A DNA stretch of 64,000 nt from Candidatus Omnitrophota bacterium (lineage in GTDB: Bacteria > Omnitrophota > Gorgyraeia > Gygaellales > Profunditerraquicolaceae): positions 42,048 through 106,047 of the forward strand of contig QZKH01000003.1 of NCBI GenBank assembly GCA_003598025.1, given 5' to 3'. The notes below the pieces were generated by a model. It made no database searches. It worked only from the letters and a program-made list of their open reading frames with translations, and was not told the DNA's origin. Positions 38,053 to 48,157 of this stretch are shown here, one piece after another. The position numbers and the translations under genes are program-made. Each line of letters starts with the position of its first letter. Within the stretch, counting starts at the first letter, position 1.

Positions 38053-39453
38053 ATGTTAAGGACGAATACTTGCGGTGAGCTGAACCTGAATGATTCCGGT
38101 AAGACAGTAGCCCTTTGCGGCTGGGTAGCGAACAGGCGCGACCACGGTAAACTTATATTTATTGACATAAGAGACAGGTATGGCATAACCCAGATTGTAT
38201 TTATACCCAAAGAATCCGGCCAGGCTTATGAAAAAGCAAAAGGTCTCGGTAATGAATTTGTAATAAGGGTAACCGGCATAGTTAACAACCGGCCTAAGAA
38301 CAACCTGAATCCTAAAATCAGTACCGGAGAAATCGAAATTTTAGTAAAAGATATGGAAGTGCTGAATCCCAGCTTGAATCCGCCATTTGAAATAAGCGAT
38401 AATTCGGAGATCACTGAAGAGCTCCGCTTTAAATACCGCTATCTTGATCTAAGGAGAGAAACGGTTTTAAATAATTTTGTAATGAGGCATAATTTATTTA
38501 AAATTATACATTCTTTCCTGGATGCCAAGGGTTTTCTGGAATTCGAGACACCCGTATTAACAAAATCCACACCGGAAGGGGCCAGGGATTACCTGGTACC
38601 TTCGCGTGTAAATCCGGGAAATTTCTTTGCCCTTCCGCAGTCACCGCAGTTATTTAAACAGATATTAATGGTTTCCCAGGCAGACAAATATTACCAGATT
38701 GCTAAGTGTTTCAGGGATGAAGACCTGCGTGCTGACCGCCAGCCGGAATTCACCCAGCTGGATATTGAGATGTCGTTTGTCGAAGAAGATGATATATATT
38801 TGCTCATAGAAGAATTGATGAAGGTTATTTTTAAAGAATTAAAGGGGGTAGATATAAAGACGCCTTTTACCCGTTTAAGTTATAAAGAAGCACAGGAAAA
38901 GTATGCAACTGATAAACCAGACTTAAGAAAGGTATTGAACTCTGAGTTTGCTTTTGCATGGGTTAATGAATTCCCTTTGTTCAAGTTTAATGAGGAGGAG
39001 AAGAGATGGGAGAGCGAGCATCATCCGTTTACCGCCCCAAGCAAAGATTCTTTGGATCTGCTTAAAACTGACCCAGCGGCAGTTAAATCAAGGTCGTATG
39101 ATCTCGTTTTAAACGGGATGGAGCTCGGTTCCGGATCGATAAGGATACATAACCAGGCGCTGCAGGAGAAAATTTTTGATATAATCGGTATTGATAAAGA
39201 ACAGGCTTACAGAAGGTTTGGTTTTCTTCTGGAGGCATTCCAGTATGGAGCCCCTCCTCATGCGGGTGTGGCTTTTGGTTTAGATAGGCTGGCTGCAATT
39301 CTTGCCGGGCAGGAGAGTATTAAAGAGGTTATCGCTTTTCCTAAGACTTCTCAGGCAATATGCCCGTTAACAGGCGCGCCTTCTGAAGTCGATGAAAAAC
39401 AATTAAAGGAGCTGGCCATTGAGGTCAGAAAAAAAGGAGGAAAAAATGGATAA
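38053..39453 (+). CDS. aspS: Aspartate--tRNA(Asp/Asn) ligase, short form lacking the GAD insertion
   Basis: RRDHGKLIF, YRYLDLRR, TPEGARDY, ALPQSPQLFKQ, FRDEDLRADRQPEF, GAPPHAG; about 466 aa. Confidence 0.95.
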   Translation: MLRTNTCGELNLNDSGKTVALCGWVANRRDHGKLIFIDIRDRYGITQIVFIPKESGQAYEKAKGLGNEFVIRVTGIVNNRPKNNLNPKISTGEIEILVKDMEVLNPSLNPPFEISDNSEITEELRFKYRYLDLRRETVLNNFVMRHNLFKIIHSFLDAKGFLEFETPVLTKSTPEGARDYLVPSRVNPGNFFALPQSPQLFKQILMVSQADKYYQIAKCFRDEDLRADRQPEFTQLDIEMSFVEEDDIYLLIEELMKVIFKELKGVDIKTPFTRLSYKEAQEKYATDKPDLRKVLNSEFAFAWVNEFPLFKFNEEEKRWESEHHPFTAPSKDSLDLLKTDPAAVKSRSYDLVLNGMELGSGSIRIHNQALQEKIFDIIGIDKEQAYRRFGFLLEAFQYGAPPHAGVAFGLDRLAAILAGQESIKEVIAFPKTSQAICPLTGAPSEVDEKQLKELAIEVRKKGGKNG

Positions 39454-39973
39454 GAAGCTGAGCGGAACAATATTGCTTGCATCTGTTTTTATTATTTCGG
39501 GATGTGTGGTCAGGACTTACCCTCTTACAAAAGACAGAGTGGATCAAGACCTGTCAGCAGGAAACAGGGGATATCTTAAGGGCGAGGCTCCTTATGAGGA
39601 GACAAAAGTGCGTAAGACAGAAAGGACGACCAGGGTAGTCGAGATTGAACTGGGTTTTCCGGCAAAAGCCAAGAAAGGTGGTAAGGCCGCACAAACGCCA
39701 GTAACTATGGAAGAGGCGGCTGTTGATTATACTGAAGGGGAAAGTATGCCTGTTCAGGAAACCGCTGAAGCCTTAAATTATGAAGAGTATGTAGTGCAGA
39801 AGAATGATACTTTACAAAAGATATCCCAGAAATTCTATGGGACGACTAAGAAATGGAATAAGATATTTGAAGCAAATAAAGAAGCTTTAAAAAGCCCGGA
39901 TCGGATATATCCCGGCCAGACAATAATGGTCCCTGTTGAAAATATGAAGGAGCCGGCGGTTAAGATCAAATAA
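39446..39973 (+). CDS. LysM domain lipoprotein
   Basis: Lipobox ISGC; YVVQKNDTLQKISQKFYG...W..IFEAN...PDRIYPGQ LysM; aggagg RBS before ATG 39446. Confidence 0.85.
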   Translation: MDKKLSGTILLASVFIISGCVVRTYPLTKDRVDQDLSAGNRGYLKGEAPYEETKVRKTERTTRVVEIELGFPAKAKKGGKAAQTPVTMEEAAVDYTEGESMPVQETAEALNYEEYVVQKNDTLQKISQKFYGTTKKWNKIFEANKEALKSPDRIYPGQTIMVPVENMKEPAVKIK

Positions 39974-39975
39974 AA

Positions 39976-40932
39976 ATGGAAAAAAATATAAGGCTTTGTA
40001 CTCATGATGAAGCTAAGCTATTATTCGGGCCCAATGATCAGAATACGAAGTCTATAGAGAAGCAATTTAAAGTAAAGATAACTGTTCGTAATGAGCATCT
40101 TAAAATAAAAGGTGCTGCAAATAATATAAAAAAGTCTGCTAGCCTGATAGAAAGCATACTTGGCGGCTTACGAAATGGAAATATTTTAGGGCCGGAAGAG
40201 GTAAAAGATCTGATATCCGGGTATAAGAACGGATCAAAAGGCTATGTATCGGATCTGTTGAGCATGCCATCACTTACTTGTTCTTCCGCGGGTAAGCGTA
40301 TCGGGCCAAGGACAAAAGGCCAGCAGGAGTATGTTCAGGCCATCAGAGCATATGATATTGTTTTTGGCATCGGGCCGGCGGGGACAGGCAAGACGTATCT
40401 TGCCATGGCTGCCGCGGTTGAGGCGCTCAAGAAGCATGAGGTGCGCAGGATAATACTCACGCGCCCTGCTATTGAAGCCGGGGAGTCCCTGGGTTTTCTG
40501 CCCGGGGATATGGTAGAGAAGATATCCCCTTATCTGCGCCCTTTGTATGATGCGATGTATGATATGATGGATGCCGAGGTCATTGAAAAATACCTTGAAA
40601 CGGGGATTGTCGAAGTTGCGCCTTTGGCTTATATGCGCGGGAGGACTTTAAATGAAGCATTTATCATCCTGGATGAAGCGCAGAATTGCACAGCCGAACA
40701 GATGAAGATGTTTCTGACCCGCCTGGGTTTTGATTCAAAGGCCGTGATTACCGGGGATATAACGCAAAGCGATCTTCCTGAAGGTAGGCCCGTAGGTTTA
40801 TTGCAGGCCCAGGATATACTTTCCGGAATAGAAGGGATAAAGTTCATCAGATTCAGCGGCCTGGATGTTGTAAGGCATGCTTTAGTGCAAAGGATAATCG
40901 AAGCTTATGATAAAACAAGCCGTAATAAATAA
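39976..40932 (+). CDS. phoH: PhoH family protein (KH + ATPase)
   Basis: GPAGTGKT, RPAIEAGE.LGFLPG, YMRGRT, DEAQN, GDITQ.DL. Confidence 0.93.
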   Translation: MEKNIRLCTHDEAKLLFGPNDQNTKSIEKQFKVKITVRNEHLKIKGAANNIKKSASLIESILGGLRNGNILGPEEVKDLISGYKNGSKGYVSDLLSMPSLTCSSAGKRIGPRTKGQQEYVQAIRAYDIVFGIGPAGTGKTYLAMAAAVEALKKHEVRRIILTRPAIEAGESLGFLPGDMVEKISPYLRPLYDAMYDMMDAEVIEKYLETGIVEVAPLAYMRGRTLNEAFIILDEAQNCTAEQMKMFLTRLGFDSKAVITGDITQSDLPEGRPVGLLQAQDILSGIEGIKFIRFSGLDVVRHALVQRIIEAYDKTSRNK

Positions 40933-42301
40933 AGCTAAGTTTTTCTTTATCTCTATTTTGATTTTGATAGTCGGCTATATCGTCGGCATAAATCTTATAG
41001 TGCCGGTTTTTATACTTACCCTGGCCACGTATTTTAAATACCGTAAGACAATATACCAAAAAGAAAGCTTGCTGGAGTTAAGCCTGCTCTATCTGATAGG
41101 TTTTGCCACCAGCTATTTTATTTTGAATAACAGGCTTTCTGTTTTCCTGATCCCTTTCTGCGTGATACCCATGCTGGCAGCCATATTATATAATAATCTT
41201 GAAGTATCTTTTCTTTTAAGCTTGTCTTATGCTTTCTCCGTGGCTTCTCTTTATGGCAATAACCTTAACCTCGGGCTGCTATTCTTGATCAGCGGTGTAG
41301 CTTCAGGTATCTTTGTTTTCGGTTTGCGCAGGCGTATGGTGATAATCAGGACCGGCATAATAATAGGGGTACTACAGGTTGCGCTCTTGCTGATCATTGA
41401 CAGGTTTAGTATTGGTGACCCGAGTAGGTATACGGTGCTGTTTATCAATGGTATTATCTCAAGCGTGGTTGTATTGGGAGTCTTGCCGATATTTGAATAT
41501 CTTTTTGGCACAATTACAAATATCAGCCTACTTGAATTAGCCGATTTCAATCACCCTCTTATGCAGAGGATGATAATGGAAGCACCAGGCACTTACCATC
41601 ATAGCTTGATCGTGGGCAATCTTGCTGAGGCCGCGTGTTCTGCCGTAGGGGCAAACGCTTTATTATCCCGGGTCGGGGCATATTATCATGATATCGGCAA
41701 GCTCGATAAGCCTGAATATTTCAGCGAGAACCAGCAGTTGGATAGGAGTAAACACGAAGATTTGTCCCCATCCATGAGTAAGCTGGTTATAATGAACCAT
41801 GTAAAAGAAGGCGTAGACCTGGCAAAAAAATATAAGATTAATAGGAGGCTTATAGATTTTATACAGCAGCATCATGGTGACAGCCTTGTATATTATTTTT
41901 ACCGCAGGGCGCTTGAGAATGTTGACGGAGGCGAAGAAGTCAACGAAGAAGGTTTTCGTTATCCCGGGCCCAAGCCCGCTACCAAGGAGACAGCCATAGT
42001 ATTATTGGCTGATTCTGTCGAGGCAGCTACGCGCTCATTAAAGGATTTTTCACCCAATAAGATTGAAGAGGAAGTGCATAAAATTATCAATAATAAGTTT
42101 ATAGACGGCCAGCTTGATGAATGCGAACTCACCCTAAAAGACCTTGAGAATATTTCCAAGGTGTTTATTAGAATACTCAGCGGCATATATCACGTTCGGG
42201 TGTCCTATCCGGAGAAAAATTCAAATAGTGAAGATAGCTATAAAAAACCTTCAGAAGAAAGTCTGCGTCAGTCCAGCAAAGGTAAGAAAAGTAGTGCTTA
42301 A
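40907..42301 (+). CDS. 7TM-HD phosphohydrolase (PgpH-like, HDIG)
   Basis: Multiple TM helices, APGTYHHS, YYHDIGK, QHHG, FRYPGPKP, LADSVEAA; phoH-HD-ybeY synteny. Confidence 0.88.
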   Translation: MIKQAVINKAKFFFISILILIVGYIVGINLIVPVFILTLATYFKYRKTIYQKESLLELSLLYLIGFATSYFILNNRLSVFLIPFCVIPMLAAILYNNLEVSFLLSLSYAFSVASLYGNNLNLGLLFLISGVASGIFVFGLRRRMVIIRTGIIIGVLQVALLLIIDRFSIGDPSRYTVLFINGIISSVVVLGVLPIFEYLFGTITNISLLELADFNHPLMQRMIMEAPGTYHHSLIVGNLAEAACSAVGANALLSRVGAYYHDIGKLDKPEYFSENQQLDRSKHEDLSPSMSKLVIMNHVKEGVDLAKKYKINRRLIDFIQQHHGDSLVYYFYRRALENVDGGEEVNEEGFRYPGPKPATKETAIVLLADSVEAATRSLKDFSPNKIEEEVHKIINNKFIDGQLDECELTLKDLENISKVFIRILSGIYHVRVSYPEKNSNSEDSYKKPSEESLRQSSKGKKSSA

Positions 42302-42656
42302 GACTCTTTCTCTGGAAAGGGCGCGCTACCCGTTGGAACTGTCGGTTACTTTTGTCAGCGACAATAAAATCAAAAGGCTTAATAAACTATATTTGGGGAA
42401 AAATGAGGCGACTGATGTCTTGGCGTTTGATTTATCAGGTTCAGGCGCTCGTTCTGCCGTTGCCGATATTATAATATCTACAGATACAGCCAGCCGCCAG
42501 GCAAGGCAATATGCTACGAGCGCACTCTTTGAAGTTTACTTATATCTTGTACACGGGCTTTTGCATATTCTCGGATATAGCGATGATACAGAAAGCGGAT
42601 ATTTAAAGATGCAGAAGCGCTGCGAATATATACTTAACAAACTTAATCTGAGTTGA
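42228..42656 (+). CDS. ybeY: rRNA maturation endonuclease YbeY
   Basis: LN..Y.....TDVLAF, DIIIS, HGLLHILGYSD; GTG start at 42228 inferred. Confidence 0.88.
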   Translation: MKIAIKNLQKKVCVSPAKVRKVVLKTLSLERARYPLELSVTFVSDNKIKRLNKLYLGKNEATDVLAFDLSGSGARSAVADIIISTDTASRQARQYATSALFEVYLYLVHGLLHILGYSDDTESGYLKMQKRCEYILNKLNLS

Positions 42657-42670
42657 TAGAAAGGCCCAAG

Positions 42671-43441
42671 ATGCCGATTTTAAAAGCGGAAGCAATAGTG
42701 CTGAACAAATGGGATTTCAGGGAGACCTCGCTTATAGTGAATTTTCTGACTAAAGAGTTTGGTAAGGTATCAGGCCTGCTTAAGGGCATCAGAAAAGAGC
42801 CGAAGAAATTCGCAAGCACATTAGAGATATTTTCACACAATGATATATTGTTTTATCAGAAAAGGGAAAGCACCCTGCACTTGGTAAGCCAGTGCGATAT
42901 AAGAGACAACTTCAATAATACAAGGAGTCAGATCCCCGGGATAGCAGCTTCCAGCCTGATGATGGAGTTATTGGATGCTATAATGCCCATAGAGGACCCC
43001 AATGAAGATGTTTTTAACCTTGCCCTGGATTGTCTGAAGGAAATAAACAACGGGAGCAGCCCGGAAAAGATAACAACGATATTTAAAATAAAGACTCTTT
43101 CCCTTTCGGGTTTTAGGCCGAATTTCGACTCTTGTGTTTCCTGCCAGGGAAAGATACTGGGTGATTCAAAATTCAGTCTGGTATTAGGCGGCTTATTATG
43201 CAGCAGGTGTTTTACCAAAGATACGAGTTCCCGTTCGGTGTTCAGAGGCACGGTAGCCTCTATCTTGCACATAGAGCGCAACGATTTAAAGAGCAACCTT
43301 AACCTCGGGATGAACCCGCAGATTAAGCGTGAATTAGAACTTATTCTAAACACATTCCTTAATTTCCATTTAGGGCGAAGTTTAAAATCGCAGAAGGTAG
43401 CCAATAAGCTTAACGATTCAAGAGTTCCTTTGGCAGTTTAA
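42671..43441 (+). CDS. recO: DNA repair protein RecO
   Basis: AIVL...DFRETSLIV..LTKEFGK, CxxC...CxxC zinc finger, follows ybeY. Confidence 0.88.
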   Translation: MPILKAEAIVLNKWDFRETSLIVNFLTKEFGKVSGLLKGIRKEPKKFASTLEIFSHNDILFYQKRESTLHLVSQCDIRDNFNNTRSQIPGIAASSLMMELLDAIMPIEDPNEDVFNLALDCLKEINNGSSPEKITTIFKIKTLSLSGFRPNFDSCVSCQGKILGDSKFSLVLGGLLCSRCFTKDTSSRSVFRGTVASILHIERNDLKSNLNLGMNPQIKRELELILNTFLNFHLGRSLKSQKVANKLNDSRVPLAV

Positions 43442-43466
43442 GAAGAATTATGTTTGGAGGCAATAT

Positions 43467-44408
43467 ATGAAAATAGTTATAGTTGGCGCAGGGGCCATAG
43501 GCAGTCTTTTGGCAGCTATGTTATCTAAAACCAAAGAAGAGGTATGGGTCCTGGAAAAAGATAAAGAACGATCTGCTATTATCAATAAGCACGGTATCAG
43601 TATTGAAGGTGTTTCGGGCAGCTGGAACGCAAAAGTAAAAGCAACAGTGGATGTTTCCGAAGTAGATAAGGCTGACCTGGTGCTTATCTGTGTAAAATCT
43701 TATGATACCAAGAAAGCCGTGCTCTCAGCCAAGCCTTTACTCCATAAAAATACTGTCGTCCTGACATTGCAAAATGGCATCGGTAATATTGAAGTCATCA
43801 GCGAAATTATCGGTGAGAATATGGTTATGGGAGGCGCTACCAGCCAGGGAGCTACGCTTATTAAACCTGCCCATGTCCGCCATGCAGGTAAGGGTGAAAC
43901 AGTAATCGGGTTCATCGACGGCAGGACCACGGTAGAAATACGCTCCATAAGGGAGTTATTTAATAAGGCGGGCCTGGAGATTAAAATATCAAGAGATATA
44001 AAATCAGTTTTATGGTCTAAGCTGATAGTAAATGTCGGCATAAATGCAATATCTGCCCTTACCAGGATGAAGAATGGAAAATTGATCGAGTTTGAAGGGA
44101 CCCGTAAGATATTAAGGGCAGCTGTTTCGGAGGCTGTGCGCATTGCAAAAAGGAAAAGAGTCAAACTTATTTATGATGACCCGCTTGCAAAAGTAGAAGC
44201 TGTCTGCGAGTCTACTGCACAGAACATCTCTTCGATGCTGCAGGACGTGCTGAATAAAAAGAAGACAGAAATAGATTATATAAATGGGGTAGTTGTGAGA
44301 TTAGGGCAGGAACTCTCAATTCCAACGCCTGTTAATTCTCTTTTAGTTGATTTAGTTAAAACGATCGAATCCGGTTACGAATCAGTAGTAGAAAACAGCC
44401 GTAGCTGA
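43467..44408 (+). CDS. panE: 2-dehydropantoate 2-reductase
   Basis: GAGAIG, VKSYD, LQNG, WSKL..N...N, SSMLQD, TEIDYING. Confidence 0.92.
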   Translation: MKIVIVGAGAIGSLLAAMLSKTKEEVWVLEKDKERSAIINKHGISIEGVSGSWNAKVKATVDVSEVDKADLVLICVKSYDTKKAVLSAKPLLHKNTVVLTLQNGIGNIEVISEIIGENMVMGGATSQGATLIKPAHVRHAGKGETVIGFIDGRTTVEIRSIRELFNKAGLEIKISRDIKSVLWSKLIVNVGINAISALTRMKNGKLIEFEGTRKILRAAVSEAVRIAKRKRVKLIYDDPLAKVEAVCESTAQNISSMLQDVLNKKKTEIDYINGVVVRLGQELSIPTPVNSLLVDLVKTIESGYESVVENSRS

Positions 44409-44432
44409 TAAAGCCCCGGCAGGTGTTTTGTT

Positions 44433-45233
44433 ATGATAAAAAAAAGCATTATTTTTTTTATGATTCTTGCTGGGTTCGGTTTGCTGCTGCGCTTTTTTTT
44501 AATTAATCCTACCGTAGGTTTCCTTAGCAAAAGCCGCGATTTTGAATCAGCAGAGAAACAGATATTAACCGACCTCAAAAACAGGGAAGATAAGACCGCC
44601 TTTAACAGGGCGCAGAGAATATTGAGAACTGACCCTGAGAATAATTTTGCCATCTGGGCAAAGGCGGAAGTTTTACGCAGAAGGTATGATTTTAAAGAAT
44701 CGCAAGAATTGCTTGAACAGGTATTAGCAAAGGACCCTGATCATACCTTAAGCCAGATTTCTTTAGCTTATATATATTATAATGATTCTAAATTAGATGA
44801 AGCAACACGCTTATTAAAACAATGTTTGGGGCAAAAGGATCTAAGCAGCCAGAACCGTGCAATGGTGTATATTTTGATCGGTTCTATAAATGCAAAAAGG
44901 ATCAACAGTTCGGCAATGATTGATAAATTATTTTTTGCAGTGAATATAAAAAAATATTTTATCCAAGCGCTCGAAATCTCTCCTGAATTGCCTGAGGTCC
45001 ATCTTGGGTTAGGCACGTATTTTTTATTGGCTCCTCAGATCATGGGCGGCAACGTTGATAAGTCAATTGAGCATCTTGAGATCGCCATTAAACTCTCGCC
45101 TCAATTTTCAACCCCCTATATGAGGCTGTCGCAGGCTTATAAGAAGAAAGGCGATATGGAAAAGGCGGAGTTTTACAGGCAGAAGGCCGTCAAGATAGAG
45201 CCGGGTATAGATAAATTAAAAAACCTTCAATAA
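44433..45233 (+). CDS. Tetratricopeptide repeat protein with N-terminal membrane anchor
   Basis: Repeated helical TPR-like units (L..DP, A..L.P). Confidence 0.7.
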   Translation: MIKKSIIFFMILAGFGLLLRFFLINPTVGFLSKSRDFESAEKQILTDLKNREDKTAFNRAQRILRTDPENNFAIWAKAEVLRRRYDFKESQELLEQVLAKDPDHTLSQISLAYIYYNDSKLDEATRLLKQCLGQKDLSSQNRAMVYILIGSINAKRINSSAMIDKLFFAVNIKKYFIQALEISPELPEVHLGLGTYFLLAPQIMGGNVDKSIEHLEIAIKLSPQFSTPYMRLSQAYKKKGDMEKAEFYRQKAVKIEPGIDKLKNLQ

Positions 45234-45265
45234 TAAAACCATAAAAACACCCAACCCTTTGTAAT

Positions 45266-46975
45266 ATGGAAAGCACCTTAATTGCAAATATATTCAGGGA
45301 TATCGCTAATATTCTTGAGATAAAGGGAGAAAATATCTTTCGTATACGGGCATATACACGGGCCGCAGAGGTGATAGAGGGTTTTAGCGGAAACCTTGAA
45401 GAATATGTTAATGAGGATAAGCTTCAAGAGATACCCGGTATCGGCAAGGACCTTTCTGCAAAGATAATAGAAATATTTTCTACGGGTAAACTTAAGTTTT
45501 ATGAAGATTTAAAACGAAGTATACCCGAAGGGTTGCTGGAAATTCTTAATATCCCTTCAATCGGGCCCAAGACTGCCAGGCTTTTGTACGACAAACTGGG
45601 CATAAAAGGTATAGCCGACCTGGAAAATGCCATATCTGAAGGCAGGCTCCTGAAATTGCCCGGCATAAAAGGCAAAACCGTAGAGAATATTAAAAAAGGA
45701 ATAGCTCTTTTTAAGGAAGGCCGTCAAAGAATGCTTTTGCCGGAAGCCTATAACGTGTCTGATGGCTTTATAAAATATCTTAGTGCCATACCGGCAGTAG
45801 ATAAAATCTCAGTCGCCGGCAGCCTAAGGAGAAAAAAAGAGACCATAAGGGATATAGATATTTTAGTTACTTCGAAAAACCCGGGGAAGGTTATGCAGGC
45901 ATTTTTGAAAGCTCCTTCGGTTAACCGGGTTTTAGCCAAAGGAGAAACGAAAAGCTCGGTAATAACAAAAGGCGGTGTGCAGGTTGACTGTAGGGTAGTA
46001 AAAAATGAATCCTATGGCGCTGCGCTTATATATTTTACAGGATCAAAAGATTTCAATATAAAACTCCGGCAGCTAGCGATAAAAAAGAAGCTGAAGATTA
46101 ATGAATACGGAATATACAGGGGCAATAAATTAATTTACGGTAAAGATGAAAAAGGTGTTTTTAAGGTATTAGGCCTCGATTATGTAGAACCTGAGTTGCG
46201 CGAAAACACAGGGGAAGTAGAACTGGCAATTAAATCTGGATTGCCAATTTTGATCCAGGATAAGGATATAAAAGGCGACCTGCATGTTCATTCTAAATGG
46301 TCTGATGGCATTAACAGCATAGAAGAGATGGCTTATGCGGCAAAAGGAGCGGGGTATTCATATATAGCTGTAACCGATCATTCCCAGAGTTTAAAAGTTG
46401 CCGGAGGATTATCAATAGGTGATTTGCGTAAAAAGAAAAAAGAGATCGATAAGATAAATTCTAAATTGAATAATTTCAGAGTGCTTTACGGCACGGAGGT
46501 TGATATTGATTCTGAAGGCAATATTGATTATGATGATGATATATTGAAAGAGTTTGATATTGTAGTAGCTGCTATCCATACCGGGTTCAAACAGGCACGG
46601 ATTCAAATAACCAGCAGATTAGTAAGGGCATGCAATAATAAATATGTGAATATCATCGCGCATCCTACTGGGAGATTATGGGGTGTGCGACCTTCTTACG
46701 ATGTAGATTGGGAGAAAGTGTTAAGCGTGGCCAGAGATACTAACACCACACTTGAAATCAATAGCTTTGCCCAAAGGCTTGACCTGGATTCCCATGATGC
46801 AAGGCGTGCGGCTGAATCCGGAGTAAAGCTGGCCATAAATACTGATTCGCATGATATAGGGCATTTGAAATCAATAAAGTTCGGAGTCGGCGTTGCCAGA
46901 AGGGCGTGGCTTAAAAAGGAAGATGTCATAAATACGCTCACTTTAGATGAGTTACTTAAGAAGATAAGGAAATGA
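45266..46975 (+). CDS. polX: DNA polymerase X / PHP 3'-5' exonuclease
   Basis: FRIRAY, HhH motifs, AGSLRR...DIDIL, YFTGSK, DLHVHS.WSDG, AHPTGR, NTDSH. Confidence 0.95.
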   Translation: MESTLIANIFRDIANILEIKGENIFRIRAYTRAAEVIEGFSGNLEEYVNEDKLQEIPGIGKDLSAKIIEIFSTGKLKFYEDLKRSIPEGLLEILNIPSIGPKTARLLYDKLGIKGIADLENAISEGRLLKLPGIKGKTVENIKKGIALFKEGRQRMLLPEAYNVSDGFIKYLSAIPAVDKISVAGSLRRKKETIRDIDILVTSKNPGKVMQAFLKAPSVNRVLAKGETKSSVITKGGVQVDCRVVKNESYGAALIYFTGSKDFNIKLRQLAIKKKLKINEYGIYRGNKLIYGKDEKGVFKVLGLDYVEPELRENTGEVELAIKSGLPILIQDKDIKGDLHVHSKWSDGINSIEEMAYAAKGAGYSYIAVTDHSQSLKVAGGLSIGDLRKKKKEIDKINSKLNNFRVLYGTEVDIDSEGNIDYDDDILKEFDIVVAAIHTGFKQARIQITSRLVRACNNKYVNIIAHPTGRLWGVRPSYDVDWEKVLSVARDTNTTLEINSFAQRLDLDSHDARRAAESGVKLAINTDSHDIGHLKSIKFGVGVARRAWLKKEDVINTLTLDELLKKIRK

Positions 46976-46993
46976 AAGCAGCTCATAACTAAT

Positions 46994-47240
46994 ATCGAGC
47001 ATCGAGAATCTCTTAGTCTACAGTTAACGGGCCACACAGTATGGCTGATAGCTGAGAGCGGATAGCTGAAAGCTGCATTTGTTCACAGTTCATGGTTCAT
47101 AGAAATGACTAGAGTAGTTAGTCACAAAGACACACGACACAAGGACACAAAAATCTTGAGTTCACTATTCACATTTCACGGATTGAGACTTATTTTGCGT
47201 TATTTTCTTGTTTCTGCGCTCCGTCCACTTTGCTCCGCGC
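46994..47240. repeat. Mosaic of single arms from several heptamer families, running into the apbE ORF
   Basis: atcgagc/atcgaga; agtctac; gctgata/gctgaga/gctgaaa; gttcaca/gttcatg/gttcata; gtcacaaa/gacacac; ttcacta/ttcacat. Confidence 0.75.
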
Positions 47241-48157
47241 ACAAGGCTACTTTACCAATTATTGTTTTATTGTCTGCTCTATTTCTCTCCGGATGCCAGG
47301 AGAGTGAATTATACAGAGAAAAGATGGTTTTGATGGGGACTTTTGTTGAAGTTATTTCTCCTGACACTCGGGCGCCGGCAATTGTTTTTAATGAAATAAA
47401 GAGGGTAGAATCCATTTTTAGCAAATATAAAGCGGATAGCCAGGTGGCATTGCTAAATCATAATGGCAGGATTGCTCCTTCAAAAGAGCTGTTTTTTGTT
47501 GCAGAAAAGGCAAGAAAATTCTGGGAGGATTCCGGGGGTGCTTTTGATGTAACTATCGGCCCGTTAATGGATGCCTGGGGTTTTACAGAAAAAGAATACA
47601 TCAGGCCCCCTGATGCCAAAATCAGCGAGGCCCTTCTTAAGGTAGGCCTTGACAAAGTTGATATTAAGAGTAATCTAATATATTTTAAGGTTGCAGGCAT
47701 GAAGGTGGATTTCGGGGCGATTGCAAAAGGATATGCTGTTGATCGCGCGGTCAAAGAATTAAAGAATGCAGGCATAAATAGCTGTTTGATTAATGCAGGG
47801 GGCGATATTTATTGCCTGGGGAAAAAGTTCGGCCGTCCCTGGAGGGTAGCTGTAAATAACCCCCGCAGAAGCGGGTATATTGAATACCTTAACATAGAAG
47901 ATAAAGCTGTTGTTACCAGCGGAGATTACGAGAATTTCTTTATAAACAACGGAAAGCGTTTTTCTCATATATTCAATCCTAAGACAGGATATCCGGCTGA
48001 TTCAGGGGTTGTTTCGGTGACTGTAGTAGCTGATGATTGCCTTACAGCGGATGCGCTGGCAACAAGTATTTTTGTTTTAGGCAGAAAAGAAGGCTTGGAG
48101 CTTGCTAAGAAATATAATTCAGGCCGGGTGATAATAATATCCAAAGACGATGTTTAA
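47105..48157 (+). CDS. apbE: FAD:protein FMN transferase ApbE lipoprotein (start uncertain; N-terminus repeat-derived)
   Basis: Lipobox LSGC, MGT, GAFDVT, DFGAIAKGYAVD, AGGD, TSGDYE, HIFNPKTG, ADALAT. Confidence 0.92.
   Translation: MTRVVSHKDTRHKDTKILSSLFTFHGLRLILRYFLVSALRPLCSAHKATLPIIVLLSALFLSGCQESELYREKMVLMGTFVEVISPDTRAPAIVFNEIKRVESIFSKYKADSQVALLNHNGRIAPSKELFFVAEKARKFWEDSGGAFDVTIGPLMDAWGFTEKEYIRPPDAKISEALLKVGLDKVDIKSNLIYFKVAGMKVDFGAIAKGYAVDRAVKELKNAGINSCLINAGGDIYCLGKKFGRPWRVAVNNPRRSGYIEYLNIEDKAVVTSGDYENFFINNGKRFSHIFNPKTGYPADSGVVSVTVVADDCLTADALATSIFVLGRKEGLELAKKYNSGRVIIISKDDV

Noticed and set aside
42550-42590. YbeY third zinc ligand His replaced (HGLLHILGYSD)
   Set aside because: Asp at this position is a known variant in several phyla, so it is not evidence of inactivation.
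45231-45262. taaaacca taaaaaca as another repeat family
   Set aside because: Only two degenerate A-rich units, indistinguishable from low-complexity intergenic sequence.
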